A stretch of DNA of 51,799 nt, taken from positions 1 through 51,799 of the forward strand of contig JAFCFX010000003.1 in NCBI GenBank assembly GCA_017608405.1, in the 5' to 3' direction. The translations under genes were made by a program, and so were the position numbers. Positions 1 through 8,989 of this stretch are shown here, in pieces. Each line of letters opens with the position of its first letter. Position 1 is the first letter of the stretch. The notes beneath the pieces are model-generated. The model saw only the letters and a program-made list of their open reading frames with translations, was not told the origin of the DNA and ran no database searches. The DNA is from Candidatus Pacearchaeota archaeon. Its GTDB lineage: Archaea; Nanobdellota; Nanobdellia; Pacearchaeales; GW2011-AR1.

Positions 1-201
1 ATCAATCATATAGATAAGAAAGCTAAGAATAAGAAAGGCAAAACATTAAGTGACTTGTTTAGAGAAGCAAAAACTCCAGAAGATTTGAAAATGGATTATG
101 AAGGAACTCCTAATGATATAGCTGAAGTATTAGATAAAAAAGCGCTTATTAGAAACCACCTAAGATATTTAGAATTAAGACATAGAAGGTATGTTGGTTA
201 A
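1..201 (+). CDS. 3' end of an unidentified CDS entering from the left window edge
   Basis: Frame 1 is open from base 1 to TAA 199-201 (...ALIRNHLRYLELRHRRYVG*); no motif recognised. Confidence 0.3.
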   Translation: MNHIDKKAKNKKGKTLSDLFREAKTPEDLKMDYEGTPNDIAEVLDKKALIRNHLRYLELRHRRYVG

Positions 202-233
202 TTATTTAATCCCCCAATCTCATTTAAAGTTTT

Positions 234-1334
234 CTATTTTAAATCGTCTAACCAGCCGGCTTTTTTGTTGAGTTTCTTTTTAAAGAATTTTCCTAAATTT
301 CGGGGGTCTTTTGCTTGATGATATTTAAAATAAATATAATTATTCATTATTCCAATGATTTCTATTTTTCCTGTTTTATGAGCAATTATATATTTGAATC
401 TTTTTGAATGCCCATCTAATTTTTTCTTAGCCTCTTCTACAATTTTACACCCTTTATACAGTGGGATCTGGAAATGGTGTTTTACTCTTTTAACAGGTCT
501 ACATTGAAAAACATAATAAGGATTAACACCAATTGAAACAAGTCTTAGCATTAGTTCTGATAAGACATTTGGATTATCATTTACTCTTTTAAGTAAAACA
601 GTCTGATTATTGATGATTAACCCTGCTTTTAAAAGCCTATTTATCGCTTCAACTGATTTTTTAGTAATTTCTCTTGGATGATTAAAATGTGTGACTATGT
701 ATATTCTTTTTGTCTTGCTATTATATTTTTTTAAAACTTTTAATAATTCATTACCTTCTAAGATTCTCGAAGGCATAAAAACAGGAACCCGTGTTCCAAA
801 TCTAATAAATCTAAGGTGTTTTATTTTTGATAATTTTTCTAAAAACTCTTGAATTATTTTTGTGGGCAATACAAAGGGATCACCGCCACTAATAAGAACA
901 TTATCTATTTCTTTATGCTCGTTTATATAATTAACAGCATCATCAAACCTACTCAATACTTCCCTACTAGGTAAGCCAATTAACCTTTTTCTAAAACAGT
1001 GTCTGCAATAAGAAGCGCACCGATTTGTAGATAGTATCAAGGCTGTCTGAGCATATTTATGCTGCAAACCTATTTCTTTTGTGTTTTCAGCTTCTCCACT
1101 TGTATCATATTCTCCAGAAACATTTAATTCATCTACAGAAGGAACAAGCATATTTTTTATAGGATCCTTGGGATCCTTGGGATCAATTAAAGAAAGATAA
1201 TATTTGGTTATTTTCATTGGATGAATCTTAATGACTTCTTGGAATTTCTTTTTTTCCTTATCTGTTAGAGGAAGGTATTCTTCTAGTTGTTCTATAGTAT
1301 GCACATATTTATTGTGTTTTTTGCCCCAATCCAT
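234..1334 (-). CDS. kamA: KamA-family radical SAM aminomutase (lysine 2,3-aminomutase-like)
   Basis: CASYCRHCFRKR (CxxxCxxC cluster), ISGGDP and NPYYVFQCRPVKRVKHHF match KamA/EpmB hallmarks; intact 366-aa ORF. Confidence 0.8.
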   Translation of the reverse strand: MDWGKKHNKYVHTIEQLEEYLPLTDKEKKKFQEVIKIHPMKITKYYLSLIDPKDPKDPIKNMLVPSVDELNVSGEYDTSGEAENTKEIGLQHKYAQTALILSTNRCASYCRHCFRKRLIGLPSREVLSRFDDAVNYINEHKEIDNVLISGGDPFVLPTKIIQEFLEKLSKIKHLRFIRFGTRVPVFMPSRILEGNELLKVLKKYNSKTKRIYIVTHFNHPREITKKSVEAINRLLKAGLIINNQTVLLKRVNDNPNVLSELMLRLVSIGVNPYYVFQCRPVKRVKHHFQIPLYKGCKIVEEAKKKLDGHSKRFKYIIAHKTGKIEIIGIMNNYIYFKYHQAKDPRNLGKFFKKKLNKKAGWLDDLK

Positions 1335-1402
1335 ATAAATACAAGTTTTAAATAACTTATAAGGGTTTCTGTTACCCCCTTAAAAAGGTTACAAGTAAAC
1401 AT

Positions 1403-3448
1403 CTAAACCATCCCACTGATGTTGTTATCCTTTCTAAATCTCATAACATTTTCAACAAAGCTTTCTATCTTTTGTTCGTGGCTGACAATTATTAACTGTT
1501 TAACATCGAGTTGATCTAAAACCTCTCTCATTTTATCTAATTGTTGATCTGAAAAACCCTCTGTTGGTTCATCTAAAATAACAATATCTCTTGTTTTTAT
1601 CTTGCTCATTATAGAATTAATAACCTGATTTAAAGCTAGTCTATAAGCTAGGGCAACTGCAGTTCTTTCACCCCCAGAAAGATGAGCATAATCAATTTCA
1701 TAATCTTGGTGTTCTATTATCGGGGTAAAATCATCACTCAATCGAACATTAAAAGAGTCAGATACAAGCATGCAAAACCATTCCATAAATAATCTTGAAA
1801 ACTCTATCTTAAGTTTTGTCATGACATTTTTTTCAACAAAAGACATTAAAGGGGCAAATTTTTTAGAAAGCCAGGTTTCTAATTCTGTAATATAATCATG
1901 TTGAGATTGGATTTCTTGTGTTTGTTTAATTCTTTCTTTTAATTCTTCTATTTGATTTGAAAAGACTTCTATTTCTTTTCTTAATTCAACAACCTTTATC
2001 TCAGCAGTTTTTTCTTGATTTAAGGCTTCTTCAAGTTCTTTATTTTTTAATTCAAAGATATTATCAAATTTTGCTAATGCAAAAACAGAATTTCTTAAAG
2101 TTTCGATGTGGGGTGTTAAAAGTCCTATGTCTTTTTTAAGTAATTCATTAGAACTTTTAATTTCTTTTACTCTTGTTTGTTTTTCTGCAATTCCTTGAAA
2201 TTTCATTTTTAATATTCTCAAATCTTGAAGTTCTCTATCTTTTAAGGAAATTTTTGATTCGTTTTCCATAATCTTAGTTATTAATTTTTTTTTCTCTAAA
2301 GATAAACTTTCTATATTATTTGTATTTTCAGACGTGTTTGAATCCATTTTATTTGCAACATTGCTTTTATAGACTGGATCAACATCTTGCAGACAAGTTG
2401 GACATATTTCCATTTTTGCAAGATTATTTTTAATGTTTTCATTTTCTTGATTTTTCATAGAAAGAGAAGCAATTTTAGAAGTTATATCTAAATTATTTTC
2501 ATTAAGTCTTTGTTTATTTTGTTTTAAAGAAAGTATTTCTTGTTCTAATTGAGTAATATTTGCTTCATCAAATTTTAAGTCTTCTAATTCCTTTATCTGT
2601 CTTTGAAGCTGTTCTATTGTTTTTGTATTAATTAAAACAGATTCATTTTTATTACCAATAATTATTTTTGTTTTTTCAATTTCTTGTTGAAGTTTATTTT
2701 TCTCTTCTATTTTTTGAAAAATTTCTTGTTTTTCTTCTTGGATTTTTTTCCTCGAATCTGTCTTTAAAAAAAGTTCTTTTTCAATAGATACAAGGTTATA
2801 TTGCTTTGTTTCTAGTTCCTCTTCCTTTGTTATTATGCTTGTCTTGTCTTGTTCTAAATGTGAAATTAAAGCTTCTTTAATTCTTTTTTCTTCTCTTAAT
2901 TTTGAGGCTAAAATAGAAACATTTTCTAATATTTTTTTATATTTGTCAATTCCAAAAACATGTCTCAAGGTATTTATCCTAGTCACAGAATCTTGTAAAA
3001 TAATTTGTTTCATTTCTTCTTGAGGAGTATAAACTGTAAATTTGTAAAGAATATTTTGTTTTTTAGAGAATTCTTTTGGATAATTCAAGAGTTCGAGGAC
3101 TTTATTTTTCAATTCTGTAACAGAAAGTTCTTTTTTTTCACCATCGATAGTTATAGAACAATAATCTTGTGAAATTGTTTTGCCTCTCTTTAGGGTTCTT
3201 TCTATAATCACTTGCCTGCCCTCAACTTCAAACTCCATAATAACTCTTGCTTCTGATTCTCCATTTCTTAATAAGGCAGCACCTTTTTGTCCAGGTTGTA
3301 ATCCAAATAATGCAAATTCTATGGCTAAAAGAATAGAAGTTTTTCCAGACCCAATATCTCCTGCTAACAGGGTTGAACCACATGAAAAATCAATTTCTTG
3401 ATCTTTGTAACTTCTAATATTTTTTAGTGTTATTTTCTTAAGCATCAT
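1403..3448 (-). CDS. rad50: Rad50 DNA double-strand break repair ATPase (short coiled coil)
   Basis: Walker A GDIGSGKTS, central CPTC zinc hook, signature LSGGERTAVALAYRLAL, Walker B IVILDEPTEGFS; 4-nt overlap with mre11 upstream. Confidence 0.9.
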   Translation of the reverse strand: MMLKKITLKNIRSYKDQEIDFSCGSTLLAGDIGSGKTSILLAIEFALFGLQPGQKGAALLRNGESEARVIMEFEVEGRQVIIERTLKRGKTISQDYCSITIDGEKKELSVTELKNKVLELLNYPKEFSKKQNILYKFTVYTPQEEMKQIILQDSVTRINTLRHVFGIDKYKKILENVSILASKLREEKRIKEALISHLEQDKTSIITKEEELETKQYNLVSIEKELFLKTDSRKKIQEEKQEIFQKIEEKNKLQQEIEKTKIIIGNKNESVLINTKTIEQLQRQIKELEDLKFDEANITQLEQEILSLKQNKQRLNENNLDITSKIASLSMKNQENENIKNNLAKMEICPTCLQDVDPVYKSNVANKMDSNTSENTNNIESLSLEKKKLITKIMENESKISLKDRELQDLRILKMKFQGIAEKQTRVKEIKSSNELLKKDIGLLTPHIETLRNSVFALAKFDNIFELKNKELEEALNQEKTAEIKVVELRKEIEVFSNQIEELKERIKQTQEIQSQHDYITELETWLSKKFAPLMSFVEKNVMTKLKIEFSRLFMEWFCMLVSDSFNVRLSDDFTPIIEHQDYEIDYAHLSGGERTAVALAYRLALNQVINSIMSKIKTRDIVILDEPTEGFSDQQLDKMREVLDQLDVKQLIIVSHEQKIESFVENVMRFRKDNNISGMV

Positions 3449-4566
3449 TTGAATTTGAATATTCTTTTAGATTCATCTATAATACGATTTGTAAAACTAT
3501 CTGTTGTTTCTCCTTCTCTTTTTTCTATTGCAAGAGAATTAATTAATTCAGGTATTAATTTATTAAAATCTGAGGGATTTTCTTCTGAATAAATTTTAAT
3601 TGTTTGGTCTTCAATATTTTCATCATCATTAATTTCTACTTCAAGGGCAAGTTCTTTTGTCTTCAAATCTCTAGTATTTCTAAGGGAAAAATAGGCCTTT
3701 TTTTGTTTTGCAAATTCTTCTATTTTTTGGAATTTAATATCTGTATGCTTTGAACTTTCAAGTTCTCCCCTGAGCCTTAAAAGAACTACTTTATCTTCTA
3801 TATTTTGTTTTCCTAATTCTGCAATTATTTGATCTGTAGCCATTAAAGCATTTTTAACTTCAAAATTTAATGATACAACATCTTTAATTTTTAATCTTAC
3901 TCTTTTTAATGAATTCTTAACTTTAGTATCTACAATATAAAAACTCCCATGTTCTAGGTCTTCAAGTTCTTGAAAATTATTTGGAAAAATAGGCCCTGGA
4001 TAAACAAAATTCTTATATTGAAAATCTATATGTAAATGACCTAAAGCATAATAATCTGCTTTTGGAAGTAAACCTATTTCAACTGAATCTATTGGTAAAG
4101 TGCCTTTTGCCTTATCAATTGTTGTATGAAGCATAAAAATTTTAAACATTCCTGGAGCATCATTTAATCTTATTTTTTTTAATTCTGGAACTTCTAATCC
4201 TGATTTTTTACCTGGATATCCATAAATAGCAATTTGACCATCATAAATTACTGGACTCAATAAGATTTCATTTTCTCTTTCTTCTGCATTTAAAACATTT
4301 TTACAAAATCCTGCTTTTTCTAAAACATCTAAAAAAGTTTTACCAGAAACAGAATAATCATGTGAACCTGCAATAATATTTTCTTTTAAGATTTCTATGG
4401 GGGGATAAGCAGAATCAAATAAATCTCCTACAATCAAAACAAAATCAAGATTTTCTGAAATACAAATATCTAATGCCTGCTTAAAAGATTGGAGATTTAA
4501 ATCTTGCATTGGCTGTTGCTTCCATCCTCCTAGATGCACATCTGCTATATGGGCGAACTTCACCAT
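3445..4566 (-). CDS. mre11: Mre11 nuclease (metallophosphoesterase)
   Basis: FAHIADVHLGG, VGDLFD, IAGSHD, FMLHT, ALGHLH phosphoesterase motifs in canonical order; operon with rad50. Confidence 0.85.
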   Translation of the reverse strand: MVKFAHIADVHLGGWKQQPMQDLNLQSFKQALDICISENLDFVLIVGDLFDSAYPPIEILKENIIAGSHDYSVSGKTFLDVLEKAGFCKNVLNAEERENEILLSPVIYDGQIAIYGYPGKKSGLEVPELKKIRLNDAPGMFKIFMLHTTIDKAKGTLPIDSVEIGLLPKADYYALGHLHIDFQYKNFVYPGPIFPNNFQELEDLEHGSFYIVDTKVKNSLKRVRLKIKDVVSLNFEVKNALMATDQIIAELGKQNIEDKVVLLRLRGELESSKHTDIKFQKIEEFAKQKKAYFSLRNTRDLKTKELALEVEINDDENIEDQTIKIYSEENPSDFNKLIPELINSLAIEKREGETTDSFTNRIIDESKRIFKFK

Positions 4567-4629
4567 TTTTCATTAAAAAAGTTTATAACCTTAGAAAATA
4601 TGTGTATATATAAAATTGATTGTGATAAT

Positions 4630-6120
4630 ATGAGACTTAATATTGTTTTTGGAGGACAGGCAGGGCAAGGACCTAATATTTTAACACATCTCTTAGGAGA
4701 ATCCCTAGTAAAACAAGGATATTATGTGTTTTATTCAAGAGATTATCAGTCTTTAATAAGGGGGGGACATAACTTCAATGTTCTTACTTTTTCAGATAAT
4801 TTAGTTAATAGTAATAATAAGGAAATTGATGTTTTAGTTGCACTTGATGAAAATACAAAGAAAATACATGAAAAAGACCTAAAAAAAGACGCAGTAGTGC
4901 TAGAAGGTAAACATGAAAACATGTATTTTGCAGGAAGATTGTTTAAAGTCCTTGGTCTTGATTTTAAAATCCTAGATAATGAATTAAAAGACTTGAAAAA
5001 AAGATATAAAGAAAATATTGCAGAAGCTAAAAAAGGCTATGCAGATGCAAAGGCACATATTAAATTAGTAAAGCCTATTAAGAAAAATTCTAATTTTGCG
5101 AGTGGGACAGAGGGGATTGCAAATGGAGCTATTAAATCTGGTTTAGATATTTATTATGCTTATCCCATGACCCCTGCGACTCCAGTATTAGGAGAACTTG
5201 CTCAAGCACAAGATGCAAATAATTTCTTGGTTTTAGAATTAGAAAATGAAATTTCTGTGATTAATGCTAGTATTGGGAGTGCTATTACAGGTGCAAAAAC
5301 AATGATTGGGACAAGTGGGGGGGGTTTTGATTTAATGACAGAAGCATTGAGTTTAGCTGGGATGGCAAATGTTCCCTTAGTTGTTTATTTAGCGCAAAGG
5401 CCTGGTCCTGCATCAGGAGTTCCAACATATACTGCACAAGGGGACTTAAATATTGCAAGACATGCTGGGCATGGAGAATTTAATAGGTTAGTTCTTGCTC
5501 CAGGAGATCCAAAAGAATGTGAAGAATTAACAAGCCAAGCATTTTATTTTTCACAAAAACATAAAATTCCAGTAATTGTAATAAGTGACAAGCATTTAGC
5601 AGAAAGTTTTTACACAATGACTGAAAAACCTGTTATCACTAAATCACAAAAAACAACAAAGCTCATGAGATATAATAGTTATGAGCAGGATAAGACAGGT
5701 GCTGCAACAGACAATCCTGGAATAATAAAAGCTAATTTTGATGTCCGCATAAAACAATCTTTAGAAATTGAAAAACAAGCAAGTAAATTTGAACAATACA
5801 AAATTTATGGTAAAAAAAATTCAAAAAACATTATTGTGGGCTGGGGATCAACAAAGGGAGCAATTCTTGATTCGATGCAAGATCTTGATTGCAAATTCAT
5901 ACAAATAAAATATATTGAGCCTTTTCCAAAACAAGTTGTAAAAGAACTTCGAGGAAAAAATATAATTTTAGTAGAAAATAATGCAACAGGGCAATTGGGA
6001 AGTTTAATTGCAGAAAAAACAGGCATTTTTATCGACGGTAAAAATAAAGTATTAAGATATGATGCACGTCCTTTTTTATGTAATGAATTAAATGCTGAAA
6101 TTAAAAAGAGGTTGAAATGA
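4630..6120 (+). CDS. 2-oxoacid:ferredoxin oxidoreductase, fused gamma-alpha subunit
   Basis: N-terminus IVFGGQAGQGPN...IRGGHNFNVLTFSD (gamma-like), then GTEGIANGAIKSGLDIYYAYPMTPATP (alpha-like). Start moved to ATG 4630 (MRLNIVF) because the tracked 4534 start overlaps the divergent mre11 start. Confidence 0.85.
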   Translation: MRLNIVFGGQAGQGPNILTHLLGESLVKQGYYVFYSRDYQSLIRGGHNFNVLTFSDNLVNSNNKEIDVLVALDENTKKIHEKDLKKDAVVLEGKHENMYFAGRLFKVLGLDFKILDNELKDLKKRYKENIAEAKKGYADAKAHIKLVKPIKKNSNFASGTEGIANGAIKSGLDIYYAYPMTPATPVLGELAQAQDANNFLVLELENEISVINASIGSAITGAKTMIGTSGGGFDLMTEALSLAGMANVPLVVYLAQRPGPASGVPTYTAQGDLNIARHAGHGEFNRLVLAPGDPKECEELTSQAFYFSQKHKIPVIVISDKHLAESFYTMTEKPVITKSQKTTKLMRYNSYEQDKTGAATDNPGIIKANFDVRIKQSLEIEKQASKFEQYKIYGKKNSKNIIVGWGSTKGAILDSMQDLDCKFIQIKYIEPFPKQVVKELRGKNIILVENNATGQLGSLIAEKTGIFIDGKNKVLRYDARPFLCNELNAEIKKRLK

Positions 6121-6398
6121 ATATAGAAGAAGCTATTAAAAATATTGAAAAGGATTTTCCAGAAAAAAAAGTAGCTCAAATGCTAGATGATGAAATCCCA
6201 AAATGGGTGGATGATGGCTGGGAAGAAGACTTTGATAATGAATCTGAAGCATATGAAGAATGTGGGAGAGGAGAAGCAGAGGATGTAGTTATTGATTATA
6301 TAATTAATACTTGGATAAAAAAATACAATCAAAATAAAAAATTAGATTTAAATAATCATTTAAAACTATATGAAAGAATAGGGGAAAATATGATTTAA
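6117..6398 (+). CDS. small acidic hypothetical protein wedged between the OFOR subunit genes
   Basis: 93-aa ORF. Its ATG overlaps the stop of the alpha gene (ATGA) and its stop lies 1 nt before the beta ATG. No Cys cluster, so it is not a delta/ferredoxin subunit. Confidence 0.5.
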   Translation: MNIEEAIKNIEKDFPEKKVAQMLDDEIPKWVDDGWEEDFDNESEAYEECGRGEAEDVVIDYIINTWIKKYNQNKKLDLNNHLKLYERIGENMI

Positions 6399-6399
6399 A

Positions 6400-7209
6400 A
6401 TGACAACAAATTTAAACACAAGTGTTAAGCCGACATGGTGTCCTGGATGCTGGAACTTTCAAATACTTACAGGGGTAAAAAATGCGCTTACACAACATAA
6501 AAAACAAACAGCAATTGTGACAGGAATAGGGTGTCATGCTAAAATTTATGATTATATTAATTTGCCTGGATTAAATACTCTTCATGGAAGAGTCTTACCA
6601 ACTTGTTTAGGTTTAAAAGTTGGCAATCCAAATTTGACTGTCTTGGGATTTTCAGGAGATGGAGATGCTTATGCAGAAGGAGCAGAACATTTAATTCATG
6701 CTGCAAGATATAATTCTAATTTCAAATATCTTGTTCATGATAATCAGGTTTTTGCTTTAACAGTTGGACAACCAACACCAGTAACAGAAATAGGTTTTAA
6801 AGATAAAACAACTCCGGGGGGGGTAAAACTTCAACCATTTAATCCGATAAAAATAATGCTTGCTGCTGGAGCAAGTTTTGTGGCCAGGGTTTTTGCTGAT
6901 GTAAAGCAAATTGAATATGTATTAAAAGAAGCATTAAACCACAGAGGCTTTTGTTTTATAGAAATATTGCAACCTTGTTTAATTTTCCATCCTGATACTG
7001 GGCATAAGGAAAGAACACATATGCTCGGAAAAGAACATGATAAAACAAGTTTTGAACAGGCTTGGAAAAAGGCAGGGGAATTTGATTATAATAGAGTTAA
7101 AAAAATTCCTTTAGGAATTTTTTATCAAGTTAATAAACCTATTTTTGAAGACCAATTTCCCCAGTTAAAGAAACTAGGAAAATCAGGTTGGAAAGATATT
7201 AAGCGTTAG
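6400..7209 (+). CDS. 2-oxoacid:ferredoxin oxidoreductase, beta (TPP-binding) subunit
   Basis: WCPGCWNF, GIGCH and FSGDGDAYAEG (TPP GDG motif); follows the alpha gene. Confidence 0.85.
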   Translation: MTTNLNTSVKPTWCPGCWNFQILTGVKNALTQHKKQTAIVTGIGCHAKIYDYINLPGLNTLHGRVLPTCLGLKVGNPNLTVLGFSGDGDAYAEGAEHLIHAARYNSNFKYLVHDNQVFALTVGQPTPVTEIGFKDKTTPGGVKLQPFNPIKIMLAAGASFVARVFADVKQIEYVLKEALNHRGFCFIEILQPCLIFHPDTGHKERTHMLGKEHDKTSFEQAWKKAGEFDYNRVKKIPLGIFYQVNKPIFEDQFPQLKKLGKSGWKDIKR

Positions 7210-8015
7210 TTAATAGTTAAAGCAGATCTTACTGTAACTGGAATTCCTTTAACCTCATAATCAACCCATAATTCTACAGGAACTGCCATCTCTGTGTTGG
7301 GAATTTTATCAAAAAAAACTCTTAATTTCTTTGTTTTTGGATCTCTTTTATTAATATCTGCCATAATTTCAAAATCATGACCTCTCTCTCCAAAATTTCT
7401 TCTAGATAATCCTACTGAATGGATTGTTGGTTTTTTGTCTTTTCCATAGAAAATAAGGCTTGTTTTTTTTGTATTTTGTTTTATAATTCTATTTGCAAGA
7501 TCAAACATTGTTTTCTTTTCGCAATTATATCCTTCATCATATTTAGTTTCTTTTTCTCCATCTCTGGTAACCTCTTTTTTCTCAAAATAGTTTTTAACTC
7601 CATATCTTCTTTTTTCAAATTTAAGAACCTCTTCGATTGTAACGGTCTTTGCAGACAATATATCAATTTCAGAATAGTTTAAAGTTATTTCAAGACTGGT
7701 TGAAAAATCATTTCTTTTTAATCTAAATCCTCCCCCCAATACAATCCCAAGTGGGCCAACATTATCCGGAATAATATAATTTAAATCATATTTATCTGGA
7801 AATCCTCTTTCTAATAATTTTGGTAATTCTTTTTCTGGATCAGGAGTCGAATATCGCTTCCAATCAAAAACCTCTAGTGCTTGTGCATTTTTAGGGAGAA
7901 ATAAAGAGGGGAGTATTAATGCAGGAGCAAGATAGGAAAGAGTTTTTAATTTAGAGGTAAAATATAAAAGACTTTGTAATGTTTTTCTCTTATTGTGGTC
8001 TATCTCTTCTCCCAT
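7206..8015 (-). CDS. hypothetical secreted or membrane-anchored protein
   Basis: 269-aa ORF with an N-terminal hydrophobic segment LSYLAPALILPSLFLPKNAQA; no family recognised. Confidence 0.5.
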   Translation of the reverse strand: MGEEIDHNKRKTLQSLLYFTSKLKTLSYLAPALILPSLFLPKNAQALEVFDWKRYSTPDPEKELPKLLERGFPDKYDLNYIIPDNVGPLGIVLGGGFRLKRNDFSTSLEITLNYSEIDILSAKTVTIEEVLKFEKRRYGVKNYFEKKEVTRDGEKETKYDEGYNCEKKTMFDLANRIIKQNTKKTSLIFYGKDKKPTIHSVGLSRRNFGERGHDFEIMADINKRDPKTKKLRVFFDKIPNTEMAVPVELWVDYEVKGIPVTVRSALTIN

Positions 8016-8527
8016 AGTTTGTAAATGTAAAGTTCTTCAAAGAATAATTTTTTCCTTGAGATTATTTTCTTATTATAACCTTCCCACTTAATGTGTTTTG
8101 TTAGGCTACTTACTAATAAAAAAACCCTTGCATTCTTATTTAAATATTTGTGTGCTTTTTTTAGAAATCTGTTTATTATTTCTGATCCTTTTTTGCCCCC
8201 GCTTGTATCTCTTTTCTTATCAAATTCATGGTCTGGTAAATAGGGAGGATTAAATATTATTAGATCATATTTGCCTTTTAGTTTAGAAAATAAATCAGAC
8301 TCAATACACTTAAAACCTAACTGTTTACAATGCTCAATTGCGTCGGGGCTTATATCTACCCCAAAAATATTTTTAATTCCTAACTCTTTTAATGCTTTTA
8401 ATTGAACTCCACTCCCACATCCAATTTCCAATGCCCTAATATCCTTATTTTTAATTTCTCTTTTCAATGTTTGTGCTAAAAGATAGGAATCTTCTGCTGG
8501 TTGATAGATTTCAGACATTTTAACCAA
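8000..8527 (-). CDS. HemK-related / Mtq2-like N5-glutamine methyltransferase
   Basis: YQPAEDSYLL, SAM motif LEIGCGSGV and IIFNPPYLP (NPPY); 175 aa, the size of archaeal HemK-related proteins. Confidence 0.8.
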   Translation of the reverse strand: MVKMSEIYQPAEDSYLLAQTLKREIKNKDIRALEIGCGSGVQLKALKELGIKNIFGVDISPDAIEHCKQLGFKCIESDLFSKLKGKYDLIIFNPPYLPDHEFDKKRDTSGGKKGSEIINRFLKKAHKYLNKNARVFLLVSSLTKHIKWEGYNKKIISRKKLFFEELYIYKLWEKR

Positions 8528-8957
8528 ATAAATTATTAAAGAATTCTACTAACTCTGTTTTAAAGAAAAAAACTCCTGCTAAACCTGCTAACAAAATTAC
8601 TAATACGACTATTAAAATAATAAAAGAAGTGTTTGATTTCTTACCTTGTTCTTGTTCATAATTTGAAACAACTTGCTTTACTTCTTTTTTGAGGTTTGGA
8701 TCTGGTTTGGTTGTTTTTGAGAAGATTGTTTTTGGAGCTGTTGTTTTTGCTTGTGTTGGCTTGGTAGAACGCACAACTCGTGCTTGTGCTCCTGGGCTTG
8801 TTTGTTGACCAAGTCTTTCAATTTGTATTGCCCTTGCAGCTCCTTCTATCTCCTCTTTTTTATATCCTGCATTATAAAAGCTCATCATAGCATGTTTAAG
8901 AGAATAACCCTTTGCTAATGCAGTTTTTAATCCATTAAAAATCTCTTGATTCACCAT
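8520..8957 (-). CDS. hypothetical protein with a C-terminal transmembrane anchor
   Basis: 145-aa ORF; C-terminal FIILIVVLVILLAGLAGVFFF helix; overlaps the downstream gene by 8 nt. Confidence 0.5.
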   Translation of the reverse strand: MVNQEIFNGLKTALAKGYSLKHAMMSFYNAGYKKEEIEGAARAIQIERLGQQTSPGAQARVVRSTKPTQAKTTAPKTIFSKTTKPDPNLKKEVKQVVSNYEQEQGKKSNTSFIILIVVLVILLAGLAGVFFFKTELVEFFNNLFG

Positions 8958-8989
8958 GTTATATTTAAGATTTTACTATTTAAAAATGT

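Noticed and set aside
1158-1185. Tandem 9-bp repeat ggatccttg x2.5
   Set aside because: It lies in frame within kamA and simply encodes DPKDPKDP. It is not a regulatory or CRISPR-like repeat.
1957-3401. Three plus-strand ORFs (1957-2139, 2835-3023, 3180-3401) inside the rad50 region
   Set aside because: They are antisense shadows of a strongly supported rad50 CDS. The sequences are low-complexity Leu/Phe/Ser-rich, as expected from the complement of K/E-rich coding sequence in AT-rich DNA.
4534-4629. Upstream extension of the OFOR gamma-alpha ORF (tracked start 4534)
   Set aside because: The extension overlaps the divergent mre11 start and the shared promoter region and has no homology-like content. 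MRLNIVFGG at 4630 begins the conserved gamma domain.
5805-6179. 124-aa minus-strand ORF
   Set aside because: It is antisense to the well-supported OFOR alpha 3' end and to the small acidic ORF. The composition is hydrophobic and low-complexity.
7419-7682. Overlapping 87-aa (+) and 61-aa (-) ORFs
   Set aside because: They lie inside the 269-aa minus-strand ORF 7206-8015. One is antisense and the other is in an alternative frame, and neither has a motif.
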